The notes: generated from the sequence alone by a model not told the origin. DNA of 64,000 nt from Eledone cirrhosa (GCA_964016885.1 OZ024749.1:35154001-35218000); one strand, 5' to 3'. Positions 31,501-46,373 are shown, numbered from the stretch's first letter. Translations and numbers: made by a program.

Positions 31501-34500
31501 CACTACACCCCCATACAATACACTACACCACCATACAATACACTACACCACCATACAATACACTACACCACCATACAATACACTACACCACACCCCCATA
31601 CAATACACTACACCCCCATACAATACACTACACCACCATACAATACACTACACCACCATACAATACACTACACTACACCACCATACAATACACTACACCA
31701 CCATACAATACACTACACCACCAAAACAATACACCCCATACAATACACTACACCACCATACAATACACTACACCACCATACAATACACTACACCACACCC
31801 CCATACAATACACTACACCCCCATACAATACACTACACCACCATACAATACACTACACCACCATACAATACACTACACCACACCCCCATACAATACACTA
31901 CACCACCTTACACTACACCACCATACAATACAATACACTACACCACCATACAATACACTACACCACCATACAATACACTACACCCCCATACAATACACTA
32001 CACCACCATACAATACACTACACCACACCCCCATACAATACACTACACCACCTTACACTACACCGCACCCCCATACAATACACTACACCACCATACAATA
32101 CACTACACCACCATACAATACACTACACCACCATACAATACACTACACTACACCACCATACAATACACTACACCACCATACAATACACTACACCCCCATA
32201 CAATACACTACACCACCATACAATACACTACACCACACCCCCATACAATACACTACACCACCTTACACTACACCGCACCCCCATACAATACACTACACCA
32301 CCATACAATACACTACACCACCATACAATACACTACACCACCATACAATACACTACACCACCTTACACTACACTACACCACCATACAATACACTACACCA
32401 CCATACAATACACTACACCACCATACAATACACTACACCACCTTACACTACACTACACCACCATACAATACACTACACCACCATACAATACACTACACCA
32501 CCATACAATACACTACACCACCATACAATACACTACACCACCATACAATACACTACACCACCATACAATACACTACACCACCATACAATACACTACACCA
32601 CCATACAATACACTACACCACCATACAATACACTACACCACCTTACACTACACTACACCACCATACAATACACTACACCACCATACAATACACTACACCA
32701 CCATACACTACACTACACCACCTTACACTACACTACACCACCATACAATACACTACACCACCATACAATACACTACACCACACCCCCATACAATACACTA
32801 CACCACCTTACACTACACCGCACCCCCATACAATACACTACACCACCATACAATACACTACACCACACCCCCATACAATACACTACACCACCTTACACTA
32901 CACCGCACCCCCATACAATACACTACACCCCCATACAATACACTACACCACCATACAATACACTACACCACACCCCCATACAATACACTACACCACCTTA
33001 CACTACACTACACCACCATACAATACACTACACCACACCCCCATACAATACACTACACCACCTTACACTACACCGCACCCCCATACAATACACTACACCA
33101 CCATACAATACACTACACCACCATACAATACACTACACCACCATACAATACACTACACCACACCCCCATACAATACACTACACCCCCATACAATACACTA
33201 CACCACCATACAATACACTACACCACACCCCCATACAATACACTACACCCCCATACAATACACTACACCACCATACAATACACTACACCACCATACAATA
33301 CACTACACTACACCACCATACAATACACTACACCACCATACAATACACTACACCACCATACACTACACTACACCACCATACAATACACTACACCCCCATA
33401 CAATACACTACACCCCCATACAATACACTACACCACCATACAATACACTACACCACCATACAATACACTACACCACCATACAATACACTACACCACACCC
33501 CCATACAATACACTACACCCCCATACAATACACTACACCACCATACAATACACTACACCACCATACAATACACTACACTACACCACCATACAATACACTA
33601 CACCACCATACAATACACTACACCACCATACAATACACCCCATACAATACACTACACCACCATACAATACACTACACCACCATACAATACACTACACCAC
33701 ACCCCCATACAATACACTACACCCCCATACAATACACTACACCACCATACAATACACTACACCACCATACAATACACTACACCACACCCCCATACAATAC
33801 ACTACACCACCTTACACTACACCGCACCCCCATACAATACACTACACCACCATACAATACACTACACCACCATACAATACACTACACCACCATACAATAC
33901 ACTACACCACACCCCCATACAATACACTACACCACCTTACACTACACCGCACCCCCATACAATACACTACACCCCCATACAATACACTACACCACCATAC
34001 AATACACCACACCCCCATAAATACACTACACCACACCCCCATACACTACACCACCATACACTACACCACACCCCCATACAATACACTACACTACACCACC
34101 ATACACTACACCACCATACAATACACTACACCCCCATACAATACACTACACCACCATACAATACACCGCACCCCCATACAATACACTACACCCCCATACA
34201 ATACACTACACCACCATACACTACACCACACCCCCATACAATACACTACACCACCATACAATACACTACACCACCATACAATACACTACACCACCATACA
34301 ATACACCACACCCCCATACAATACACTACACCACCATACAATACACTACACCACCATACAATACACTACACCACCATACAATACACTACACCACCATACA
34401 ATACACCACACCCCCATACAATACACTACACCACCATACAATACACTACACCACCATACAATACACTACACCACCATACAATACACTACACCACCATACA

Positions 34501-34655
34501 ATACACCACACCCCCATACAATACACTACACCACCATACAATACACTACACCACCATACAATACACTACACCACCATACAATACACTACACCACCATACA
34601 ATACACCACACCCCCATACAATACACTACACCACCATACAATACACTACACCACA
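19580..34655. repeat. ~15 kb satellite of 5-mer-based 20-nt units (cactacaccaccatacaata) with higher-order duplications
   Basis: Directly visible. The plus strand is almost G-free. Variant markers recur at offsets of ~4700-4725 and ~1950. Confidence 0.98.
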
Positions 34656-34699
34656 ACACACAACACATCCCACCCCTATATTATACATAACACCCTATA

Positions 34700-35235
34700 T
34701 ATGTTTGTTGTAATGTGTGTCAGTGTGTGTGTGTTAGTGTGTGTATGTTTGTGTGTGTATGTTTGTGTGTGTGTGTTGTAATGTGTCAGTGTGTGTGTGT
34801 TTTAATGTGTCAGTGTGTGTGTATGTTTGTGTGTGTGTGTGTGTGTGTATGTCAGTGTGTGTTGTAATGTGCGTCAGTGTGTGTGTTAGTGTGTATGTGT
34901 GTATGTCAGTGTGTGTTGTAATATGTGTCAGTGTGTGTGTGTTGTAATGTGTCAGTGTGTGTGTCAGTATGTCAGTGTGTGTCAGTGTGTGTGTGTATGT
35001 CAGTGTATGTTGTAATGTGTGTCAGTGTGTGTGCGTTGTAATGTGTGTGTATATGTCAGTGTGTGTTGTAATGTGTGTCAGTGTATGTTGTAATGTGTGT
35101 CATTGTGTGTGTGTGTATGTCAGTGTGTTGTAATGTGTGTCAGTGTATGTATGTCCAGTGTGTGTGTGTCAGTGTATGTCAGTGTGTGTCAGTGTATGTG
35201 GCAGTGTGTGTATGTCAGTGAATGTCAGTGTGTGT
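34700..35235. repeat. GT-rich degenerate tandem repeat (gtgtgtcagt/gttgtaat)
   Basis: Directly visible, immediately after the satellite. Confidence 0.9.
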
Positions 35236-36101
35236 TGGTCAGTCCAGTTAACAGCCATCAATGACCCCAGGTCAGTCACTATAACGGATAGCCTACTTCA
35301 GATATTAAATTACCAAAATTGAATGTGAAGCCAATTCTGCTGGAGGTTGTTAACTCTTCCTGTCCATTCACTGTCCAAAGTAAATACCCAATCTCTCTCC
35401 CACACACACATACAAACACTTTCAACAGACTATCATACACACCCACCCAACTGTTATAGCACACACACACAGAACCATGTTATTATAACATACACTTACA
35501 TTCACACTCACCCAACTGTTATAGCACACACAGAACCATGTTATTATATCATACACTTACACTCACACACACCCAACCATGTTATTTTAACATACACTTA
35601 CACACACACAACAATGTTACTATCACACTTTTACACACATTCAATGGCAGTTCACTAGATTAATTCCAGTTTTAACATTATATTTACTCATAAAACTGCT
35701 TGTTATTGTTACTGTTGTTGATGTGGGTGTTGTTGTTGTTGTTACTGTTGTTATTGATGTTACTGTTATAGTTTAATCCTGCCAAACCTTGCTCCACACC
35801 ATTTCCATCCCTACACTAACAAACAGAAATAAACTGTCTTTCTTGATAATGGAAATAGTTGGAACTTGACAGTCATCATCATCATCATCATCATAATTAA
35901 TTGGTGATGATGGGGTTTCTTTAGAGGAATGAAAAGACACACAGGTTGAATGGAAATTACTTCTACACTTATGGTATAGCTCTACATCTTTCACGTCACT
36001 TAACTTTTGAAACTCATGAAATTGTGAAACCAGTTAAGTAAATAAATTTTCTTAAAATCTCCAAGTGCATTTTCAGCTTCTTTTCTTTATATTTCTATCC
36101 A

Positions 36102-36176
<75 letters not shown>

Positions 36177-36261
36177 CAAAATATTAACAAATGAAGGATA
36201 TTCACATAATCAAAATATATGCTTTATTATATATATTTCAAAGGTACTGTGTTGTTTTTTC

Positions 36262-36611
36262 TTAGTGAGATAACCCTCTGATCAGTCAAGGACAGTAGCT
36301 CCAAAGAAGTACTGAACTGGTATGTAACGACATGTCCAATCTATGAATTAATATATAAATGTTATAATTGCCAGAGTAACTATGCCAAATGTGTAGAGAC
36401 TTCAATGACATGACAATCTCCCTAGTGTTGGTACCATCATCTACTGCATTCAGTACACTCTGCAATGTGGTTGACATTAGAAAGAGTATCCATCCGTAGA
36501 AAACATACCAGAATGGAATATATCTTAGTGAGATACAGTCCCTCTGATCAGTCAAGGACAGTAGCTCCAAAGAAGTACTGAACTGGTATGTAATGACATG
36601 TCCAATCTATG
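36262..36611 (+). repeat. ~85-bp direct repeat (36262-36345 / 36525-36611)
   Basis: ccctctgatcagtcaaggacagtagctccaaagaagtactgaactggtatgtaa.gacatgtccaatctatg occurs twice. Confidence 0.85.
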
Positions 36612-38280
36612 CTAGCATGGAAAAGTATAAAAGGATGTAAAATTATGATGACGATGATAATGTTGATTTTAAAGAAAAGAAGCTAATTGTCAGTCTGGAC
36701 CAAGGAAACAATGTTTCCATTGGTTTTCCATTGTTGATACAGTCTGTTGGTCACAACTCTTGGCAGATTAGATATTGACTTATTAACAATTCCAAGAATC
36801 CACCAATCTTGGGTTGGTAATTTGTTTTATTGACCACATGCAGATGAAAAGCAAATTTGACCTCAGCAGGATTTGACCTCAGAGTGCAGTGAGCTGGAGA
36901 AAATACTGAGGTATTTAATTTGATGACACAGCAACTGTTATTTCACTGCCTTTGATGATGTAGTTGATTTTAATTCTTAGTGTCCTGTACCATATGAAAA
37001 CTCATTACCAAGACATTCTTGAAAAGTTCAAAACATCACTATGACTACATCACATTAAAAATGTAAGTATTTATTTTAAAACTACAAATTTTCACAATGA
37101 TCTGTCCACTAGTATATAAATATTTACTACAAAACAATACTATGACAACATAGTGCTGATACTAAAAACATTTAAATTGACATATGTATGTATGAACAAT
37201 TTTAAAATATTCTTTGCTAAATCATTACAGGATGTTAAGAGATAATTGTTTCTACTTTTGGCACAAGGCCAGCAATTATCCCAGTGTATTACTGGTACTT
37301 TATTTTATTGACCCCGTAAGGATGAAAGGCAAAGTTAACCTCAGCGGGATTTGAACTCAGTCCGTAAAGGGACGTATTCACAAAGATCTGTCCACCAGTA
37401 AAGACACTATAAACATTTCAATTGACAAACCCATTTTTAGATATTTTCTGCTAAATCATTACAGGAATGTTAAGAGTGAAAAGCAACTATGAAATAAATC
37501 TTGAAGAATTTCAAGAAGACTGAGAAATGGGAGAAATATCAAATTTAACTTTGTGAAAAATGTCAGTAGACGACAATTGGTACTTATAATTTAGACAACT
37601 CAACTGTAATATCAGAACAGACACACAAGTGGTCCAATTGACATAAATGTCATCAGCTTTGTTAATTTTTCAATCATCTATTTAATTAGCTACAGTAATT
37701 TAGCATAATTAGCTGTTAGAATCAACAAAATTGAGGAATTGTCAACTTCCTACTTCTCAAACAACAGGGGACACTGTCTTGGACTGTTTCAACCTTTTCA
37801 TTACCATATTTCTAATGAAAGACACTGCCTGTAATTTTCAAGTCATTTTGAAGGTAATCAGACATTTAAAGGGATTTAGTAATATAACTAACTTTCTCAT
37901 TATTAAGTTGGTGTTTGGAACATAACTTAACAAAGGTTCTTACATAAAATCATCATGGAAAGTTTACTCTTTCATGACCATATTTCTAATAGAAAGAATC
38001 TGCCTATAATTTTCAAATAATTTAGAAAATAATCAAGAATTTGAAAAGATTTAGTAATGTAACAGACTTTCCCCACTATTAAGTTGGTTGTTTGGAACGA
38101 TGATGATGATGACGATAATAATAATAATAATGATTTCTACTTTAGGCATAAGGCCAGCAATTTTTGGGGGAGAGGAAAGTTGATTAAATCAACCCCAGTG
38201 CATTACTGGTACTTTATTTTATCAACCTCATAACGATGAAAGGTAAAGCTAACCTCGGCGGGATTTGAACGATTCTGCCA

Positions 38281-38330
<50 letters not shown>

Positions 38331-38346
38331 TCAATTTTCAACTCAC

Positions 38347-39017
38347 CTTCCTCGTAACAAGAGAGAAAGTTTCTCCCCACATGGAGTTATTCCTTCTGTT
38401 GCGTAAACACTTCCTTGGCGCAGGTAGACAAGTCTGCCTACCCGCGTTAACGATTTGAATTCTATACGGGACACACCGAGTGGTTTAAACAATTTGGCGT
38501 AAGCATCTTCAAAATCTTTATGTATACGGACGGGATACATGCTGTAGGCCAAATAGAATATGTGCCCAATATTGATACAAAAGAAGGCAGAGTTCCAAGC
38601 GAGTATGTCAGGCACACATATAAAAACTCCAGCCCAGAGGATGTAGAATAGAAAAGTGAAAAGGAGGAGACATCGGAGAAATAGTATATGATATTGGAAG
38701 CTGATTGGGGTGAGGAAAGAGAAGGCCATACACAAACTTCCCAGCTGAAACAGAATATGCTGCACATCTTGCCAGACATTACAAGATTCGGTGCCATTAA
38801 ATGTTGTCCAGTTTAATGTGGTGTTCACTAGAATTGGCTGTAGTGTCTGTGTTAAGAAAGTGCTGTTCACTAATCCTTCAGCTAGGCTGCTGCTGCTGCC
38901 ACTACTGCTGCTATCACCAGTGGTGGTGGTGGTGATGTCAGTGGTAGCGGCGGCGGTGGTGATGTTAAATGACATCGTTTGACTGAGATGTGACACACAG
39001 CAACTGGTCTGGAACAT
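38347..39017 (-). CDS. BVES: Popeye domain-containing protein (BVES/POPDC family), coding exon 1: S/T-rich ectodomain, 3 TM helices, start of Popeye domain
   Basis: ORF reads C..WQDVQHILFQLGSLC...FLRCLL...WAGVFICVPDILAWN..F..IN.GHIFYLAYSMYPVRI...Y.KLFKPLGVSRIEF...YATEGITP..EKLSLLLRG, matching POPDC family motifs. Acceptor ttccag precedes 39034, with an in-frame TGA just before ATG 39017 (alternative ATG at 38975). Donor AG|GTGAGT at 38347/38346, phase 2. The symbol is family-level; paralog identity is not resolvable. Confidence 0.93.
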
Positions 39018-39291
39018 TCAAATGATTGGAGGATCTGGAAAGGAGAGATGGAAGTAAACAAGACAGAACAGATTTATGCAACGGTAACATCATCATCATC
39101 ATCATCATCATCATTAAAAAGTTGATATTCAGGTCTACATTTACACTTTTATAGTATATTGCTGTTGTTGTCAAATTTGATGTCAAATTTTGGGGGTAAA
39201 AATATATGAGTGTTATACAGTATGATTATATATATATAATTATATAATTATAATTATATATATATATATATATAATTATATATATATCATC

Positions 39292-39628
39292 ATTCATCAT
39301 TTCATTTTACGTCTGCTTTTTCCCTGCTTGCAAGGGTGGGACGGTAACTGATTTTGACTTGATTTCTACAGCTGGATGCCCTTCCTAACACCAACCTCAT
39401 TTACAGTGAGTGCTGGGTGCTTTTTTGCCGTGGCACCTACACGACCACTTTGCAGTGGAATGATATGGACCCCAGTCCCTATCATCTCATTTCTACAGCC
39501 GAGTAAACTGGAGCAATGTGAAATAAAGTGTCTTGCTCAAGGAAACAACACATCACCCGGTCTGAGAATTGAACTCACAACCTTTCGATTGCAAGGCCAA
39601 TGCTCTAACCACTAAGCCATGTGCCTCC
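39292..39628 (-). mobile_element. Full-length tRNA-derived SINE with RTE-type tail
   Basis: Box A TGGCTTAGTGG and box B GAGTTCAATTC. The 3' tail is shared with the LINE at 48131-48180. TA flanks. Confidence 0.85.
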
Positions 39629-40615
39629 ATATATATATATAGGAAAATGTTCAAGACCCCGATGGCAAAGCTCAAGCCGTCTTGAACATTTTCCTATTAC
39701 CCACTCTACTAACCTAAGTATTGAGTTATAATTTACTAATGTACCAGAGAACATTTCAGAATACCATCATCATTGCAATAACAATAACATTAACCCGTTA
39801 ACCCTTTAATTACCATATCTCTAATGAATCCAAATACTCTATTATTTTCAAATAAATTTGAAAATAATCAAGAATTTAGAAGCGTTTGTAATATAACAAA
39901 CTTTCTCATTACTTTGGTGTCTGGAATATAATTCAACAAATGCTATTACATAAAATTATGATGAAGGTTTTTTTTGATAATATAAACACTTTAAAATATA
40001 TAGTTTTGTATCAGAGAAGCAGAACTGGTTCCAGGTGGTTTGATATCATAAGGTTTAAGTGAAAGAATCTAACTGAATATCATGCAATATCAGCAAAATA
40101 TAATTTACACATTTCTGACATTGGGTTGAGGGGGGACAAAAAATATTTCTTTTATTGGCCACCAGGGCCCAAGACATAGTGGACAATACAGGCAACAAAA
40201 TAAAACAAGAAGTATATCGGGTGAACGAAAGAGGATATCAATGAAGAGAAAACAATAGAGAAAACAATAAAGGTATTTGTAATAAATATATATAACAAAT
40301 ACTAATAATTTCTTTATAGCTAAAAACATGGACATATCATTTATGTCCCAGATATGTTTTCAACCATGAAGAATTCCTCAACAATCACCAGCAAGCAGTG
40401 ATTAATAATTAAGTTTTAATAGCAAAGGAATGGTAAAGGCATTGTACAGTTGTTTCTAGAGTAAACAGCAATACTATATTGCTTTTTAGGGTAAACTGTT
40501 AGGTCTTTGTTCTAGTCACTAGAGACACTTCACCATTGTGAATGGACAAATTCTTTTGGCAAACATGTATATATATCTATATCTACATATCTCCCCCCCT
40601 CTCTCTCTCTCTCTG

Positions 40616-40657
<42 letters not shown>

Positions 40658-40709
40658 TGTGTGTGTGAGTGTGTATGAATATATACATGCATACACCCAC
40701 ACATATATG

Positions 40710-40745
<36 letters not shown>

Positions 40746-41583
40746 TTGTGGGTGTTCACCAAGTCATATATATATATACACACCCATACACACATATATA
40801 TATATGTGTATATAGATATAGATGCGAATGCCTGTGTATGTATATAAATATATATATATATGCATACACGCACACACAAGAACATATTAAATGTTATATA
40901 TTTATCCTTAATGTGTTGCTGCTATATAGAAGAACTCTTAAAATAGTGGTCTGCTTTCACAACTGGGTCTCCCTGTCATTATAGTAGACAAGTAGACGGG
41001 GTCGATAAAATAAAGTACCAGTAATGCACTGGGTAATTGCTGGCCTTGTGCCTAAAGTAGAAACAATTATAGTAGACAAGTAGTACAAAAGGAGAGGAGT
41101 GGGCACAGGGAAGTGCTCTCACACACACACATACATATATACACACACAGACGCACACACACACATATATATATATCATCATCATCATCATCATCACCGT
41201 TTTACGTCCGTTCTTCCACGCTAGCATGGGTTAGACGGGTTGTCCTGTTGTGGGCAGTGTCTGGTCGGCTGACCATGCCTTGCTCATACAGGAACTGATT
41301 TGGCTTGACTTCTACAGCTGGATGCCATTCCTAACACCAACCTCATTTACAGTGAGTGCTGGGTGCTTTTTCGTGGCGCCTACACGTCCACTTTACAGTG
41401 TGGGCTGGGTGCTTTTTTGCCGTGGCACCTCCACGACCACCTTGCGGTGGGGGATGTGGGGGCATATTGTCTATATGCTTCAGCTTGTACCCATGGGAGG
41501 TTGAGTACTCTGTATTACTGCGTGATGCCAGAAATCACGGTCGTGTGTCATCGCCTTTGAGAGGTGTAATTGGGTAAGGTCGG

Positions 41584-41632
<49 letters not shown>

Positions 41633-41639
41633 TTTATAT

Positions 41640-42159
41640 ATCATCATCATCGTTTAATGTCCATCTTCCCCGCTAGCATGGTTTTGTTCCATTTGATGCG
41701 GGAATGGTCAGGAAGGGAGACCATGTGTCGCTTGTACGGAAGTGTTTCTGGCAGGTTAGGTTTTTTACAGCTGGATGACCTTCCTAACACCAATCACATT
41801 TACAGTGTGGACTGGCCACCTTACAGTGTGGACTGTTGTGCCATCGACACAGTGGACAGAACGGGAAAGGGATGATGGGGTAGGGTGTGTGGGGTGGGGT
41901 GTACATTGGGTTAAGAGGTGCCTACTGACTCTAGGTTTGTATGCAATGGCAGTTGGATCTTCTGTACAACTGCATGGTGCCAAAGATCTTGATCCAGTGT
42001 CATTGACTTAGAGAGGTGTAGGTGAGCAAGGTCAGTTTTTATCACCTTGTCCCACGTTTTTCTTGGTCTACCCATTCTGTAGCTTCCATCAATTTTCATT
42101 GCCCTGCACTTTTTTATACAGCTGTCATCCTTCATACACATCACATGTCAGTACCAACG

Positions 42160-42160
<1 letters not shown>
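41640..42160 (-). mobile_element. RTE LINE 3' fragment (diverged)
   Basis: [10 protein letters not shown]...GRPRKTWD, plus 3'UTR and (GAT)n tail. Confidence 0.8.
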
Positions 42161-42209
<49 letters not shown>

Positions 42210-42378
42210 CCAACCCTTTCTAGCAGGGGAAGCAGATGTTAAAACAACAATGATGATGATTATATATATATTATATATATATAATATATCGATATAGATC
42301 ATGAGCCCATCATCTGCGAAACATATGTATCGTTGGATATGCAATAAAAGCATTGTGCTTGATATAGTAGGAAAAGAG

Positions 42379-42414
42379 TTTTAACGTTTTGGATGCTAGC
42401 CCTTCATCAGAAGA
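42379..42414 (-). ncRNA. Degenerate minimal hammerhead motif (Penelope-like remnant)
   Basis: CTGATGA-AGGG-CTAGCA-TCC-AAAA-CGTT. The GAAA box has decayed and AACGTT is palindromic. Homologous to 6759-6790. Confidence 0.45.
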
Positions 42415-42529
42415 TAGAATGAGAAATAAAAGAAGAAATAAAGAAGAGTGAGAAGAGGATGAAATGGCAAAAAAATCTCTTTCAGAGAAAAAGCATGTGT
42501 GTGTTGAGTCAGCCATTTTGTGTGTGTGT

Positions 42530-43130
42530 ATAATAATAATAATAATGAAATATTGTGTACAGTGCTCAGGTGCACTACAACTCATCAAAAAGTGTATGTA
42601 TAGTACATAGGGTAATGTACAAACGTCAGGAAAATGAACAGTGCATGAGTCATGATACACACGTGTGCATGTGTATGGAAGGGGTACATCAGGTGTAGTT
42701 TTGGCGTATTTCGGGAAGCATGAGTGTCTTAAAGGATGCAGTGTCTCGGCAGCTAACAACTGACGCAGGCAGTTTGTTCCATGCTTCAGCAACTCTGAGC
42801 GAGAAAAATTGTCTACGAAAGTCATGGGAGCTGTGCTGTTTTCTGATTTTGTAGGCATGTCCACGTGTGTTAGACACATGGAGATCAAAAAGGTGCTCAG
42901 GGTTGCAATTGGCGAGATGATTAATAACTTTGTGGGTATTTACCAAGTCAATTGCCAGACGTCGGAGCTTCAATGAATCCATGCCCAGGGAAGCAAGGCC
43001 TTCAGAGTATGGTAGGTGTCTGATGGAGGGTATGCGTTTGGTTGCACGTCTCTGAACAGTTTCCAGGAGGTCAATGTTCTGAGCAAGATAGAGGTTCCAG
43101 ATTGATGATGCGAATTCCAAGTGTGGTCGT
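42530..43130 (-). mobile_element. CR1/L2-group LINE 3' end
   Basis: RPHLEFASSIWN...LETVQRRATKRIP...L.RRL..DL...TRGHAYKI...FFSLRVAEAWNKLP, with an (ATT)n tail. Confidence 0.88.
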
Positions 43131-43146
43131 ATATATATATATATAT

Positions 43147-43452
43147 GGCCTTGCAATCGAAAGGTTGTGAGTTCAATTCTCAGACAGGGTGATGTGTTGT
43201 TTCCTTGAGCAAGACACTTTATTTCATATTGCTCCAGTTTACTCAGCTATAGAAATGAGATGATAGGGACTTGGGTCCCTATCATTCCACTGCAAAGTGG
43301 TCGTGGAGGTGCCACAGCAAAAAAGCACCCAGCACTCACTGTAAATGAGGTTGGTGTTAGGAAGGGCATCCAGCTGTAGAAATCAAGCCAGAATCAGTTC
43401 CCGTCCCACCCTTGCAAGCAGGGAAAAGCGGACGTAAAATGAAATGAATGAA
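43147..43452 (+). mobile_element. Second copy of the same SINE (5' clipped), opposite orientation
   Basis: Near-identical reverse complement of 39292-39599. Confidence 0.85.
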
Positions 43453-43981
43453 GAAATGAATATATATATACACACACACACACACTCTGTATATTCCTGC
43501 ATATAAGCTGAGGAATATGTGCTCCCTTGCCTTTTTTGTTTATTTAACCCACCTCCCTCTTTTGTCTTTTCCCAATCTTCCTGTTTATTATTAAAGTTTC
43601 TTTCTTTTTTCCTCAAACCCTCTCTTTATTGTACACTTCTGTTTGTTAATAATGATATTGTTACTAGATATAGAAAAATCTTTATCCTCTAGCCTAGCTG
43701 GTCCACTCATAATAATTCTCATTAGGAAAATATTTCATCAGCGTTAACATAGAAACTATCCGGTTAATGACAAGCCATAAAGAGACAATTGCACAAATTC
43801 AATTGACTCCGACTTCATTTACATTTTTCTTTTCAATCAGTTTCTTAATTACTATGGTTTTGTGTGTGTGTGTGTGTGTGTGAACATATATTTATACATG
43901 ATCATCATCATTTATTTAATGTCTGTTTTTCCTGCGAGCAAGATATACTTACATACATACACACATACATATGTTTGTGTG

Positions 43982-44030
<49 letters not shown>

Positions 44031-44233
44031 GATAACAAAATATTGTTAGAGGTAAACCAGTTAGCTGTTTTTCTGATGATTTGATTAGGTATACATTGTT
44101 TTTAAAATTGAGTGACACAACTTCAAGTGATTAGCAATTTTTAGACACCCTAATCAATGAATCAATTGTTAATACTGTAAATAAAACCCTTTTTGTACTG
44201 TTGACCATGTTGTTCTTCACTCTTTCACTATAA

Positions 44234-44269
<36 letters not shown>

Positions 44270-44504
44270 GTATATACACACATATATATGTGTATATAGA
44301 TATGGATATGTATATTTATACATATATATATATATATATGTGTGTGTGTGAAAGTGTGTGAGTGTGGAATTAGTATTAGATTGATCATCAGATAACTCAT
44401 AGTATTTATATATCATGTTCTAATTTATATTGTCCATGCCTTACAGCCAGAAGCAGAGAGCTTTCTATATAAACAACACTGCATCTTATTGTGTTTTTAA
44501 TGTG

Positions 44505-44573
<69 letters not shown>

Positions 44574-44579
44574 TATGTG

Positions 44580-44611
<32 letters not shown>

Positions 44612-44648
44612 TATGTGTATATATATATATATATATATACACCCACAC

Positions 44649-44711
<63 letters not shown>

Positions 44712-44779
44712 TATATATATACATTACACACACATATATATATGCAAACACACATATATATGCATATATATATATGCAT

Positions 44780-44810
<31 letters not shown>

Positions 44811-44861
44811 CATACATATATATACACATACATACATATATATACACACATATACATACAT

Positions 44862-44894
<33 letters not shown>

Positions 44895-45624
44895 CATACC
44901 TACATGTACATGCATACATATACGTACATACATATATATATATACATACATATAATGCATACATATATTACATACATATAATGCATACATACATATGCAT
45001 GCATATATATACATGCATATATATATATACATACATACACACACACGCACACATATATATATATATATATATATTGTGAACACATTTTTTTTCCAATAAG
45101 ATAAGTTTATATACAGTGAGTATTTATATATACACAATATATAAGGTGCACATATATATATATATATATATATATATACACGTATGTATAGTTTTATAGT
45201 GTTTATCAGAGAAACGTAAGAAATAGGACAGGAATGTCTGATGTCACTAAAGTACAAGTTTTCCAAGTCTCTTTCTGAGAGAGAGTGAGAATGAGAGAGA
45301 CAGAGGGATAAAGATAGAGAGAGAGAGACAGTGTGTGTATGTGTGTGTCTGAAGGAAAGTCGTTATGTGAAAGTGTGTATGTTCTCCAAAGCATCAGTGA
45401 AACTCACACCACATAAAAAAATGTTTGGTGAAAATCAATTTGATGTTTGTAGAAAAGTGTAAACTGCACTATAAGCTGCTGGTGTTGGATTTAAATGGAG
45501 AATTTTAGATGAGACACAACAGAAATAGGAAACAGCTAGAAACTGTTCATGGTGGAACAAATAAACTATATTTCTCAATGGTAGATTATATTTTTCTGCT
45601 TGGTAGACATATTTTCTTCCATCT

Positions 45625-45995
45625 AGAAATATTTCCAGATGGTAGAAATATTTCCAGATGATAGAAAATATTTCCAGATGATAGACAGAAGTATTTCCGG
45701 ATGGTAGAAATATTTCCAGATGATAGAAATATTTCCAGATGATAGACAGAAGTATTTCCGGATGGTAGAAATATTTCCAGATGATAGAAATATTTCCAGA
45801 TGATAGACAGAAGTATTTCCGGATGGTAGAAATATTTCCAGATGATAGAAATATTTCCAGATGATAGACAAAAGTATTTTCAGATGGTAGAAATGTTTCC
45901 AGATGATATACAGAAGTATTTCCAGATGGTAGAAAATATTTCAGATGGGAGAAAATAGATGTTAGACAGAAATATTTCTACATGGTAGAAAAATA
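45625..45995. repeat. Minisatellite of 19/23-bp units (agaaatatttccagatgat) forming a ~61-bp higher-order unit
   Basis: Directly visible. Confidence 0.92.
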
Positions 45996-46149
45996 TGCAT
46001 TTCTAGTCGATGACGACAGTGTCAACATCGTCCTAATCATCATTATAATAATAATTATAAGTAGCCAGTTTACACTGTAAAGTGGTTGTCTTGGTGCCGT
46101 GACATATATATATATACAAATATGCATATATACATGTATATATATATGC

Positions 46150-46243
<94 letters not shown>

Positions 46244-46373
46244 GCATATATACATATATATATGCATATATACATATATGCATATATACATATATATATG
46301 CATATATACATATATATATATATATATATTTATATATATGCATATATACATATATATATATATATATATATGC

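Noticed and set aside
39550-39628. tRNA-like sequence with box A/B
   Set aside because: No complete cloverleaf; it is the head of a multi-copy SINE.
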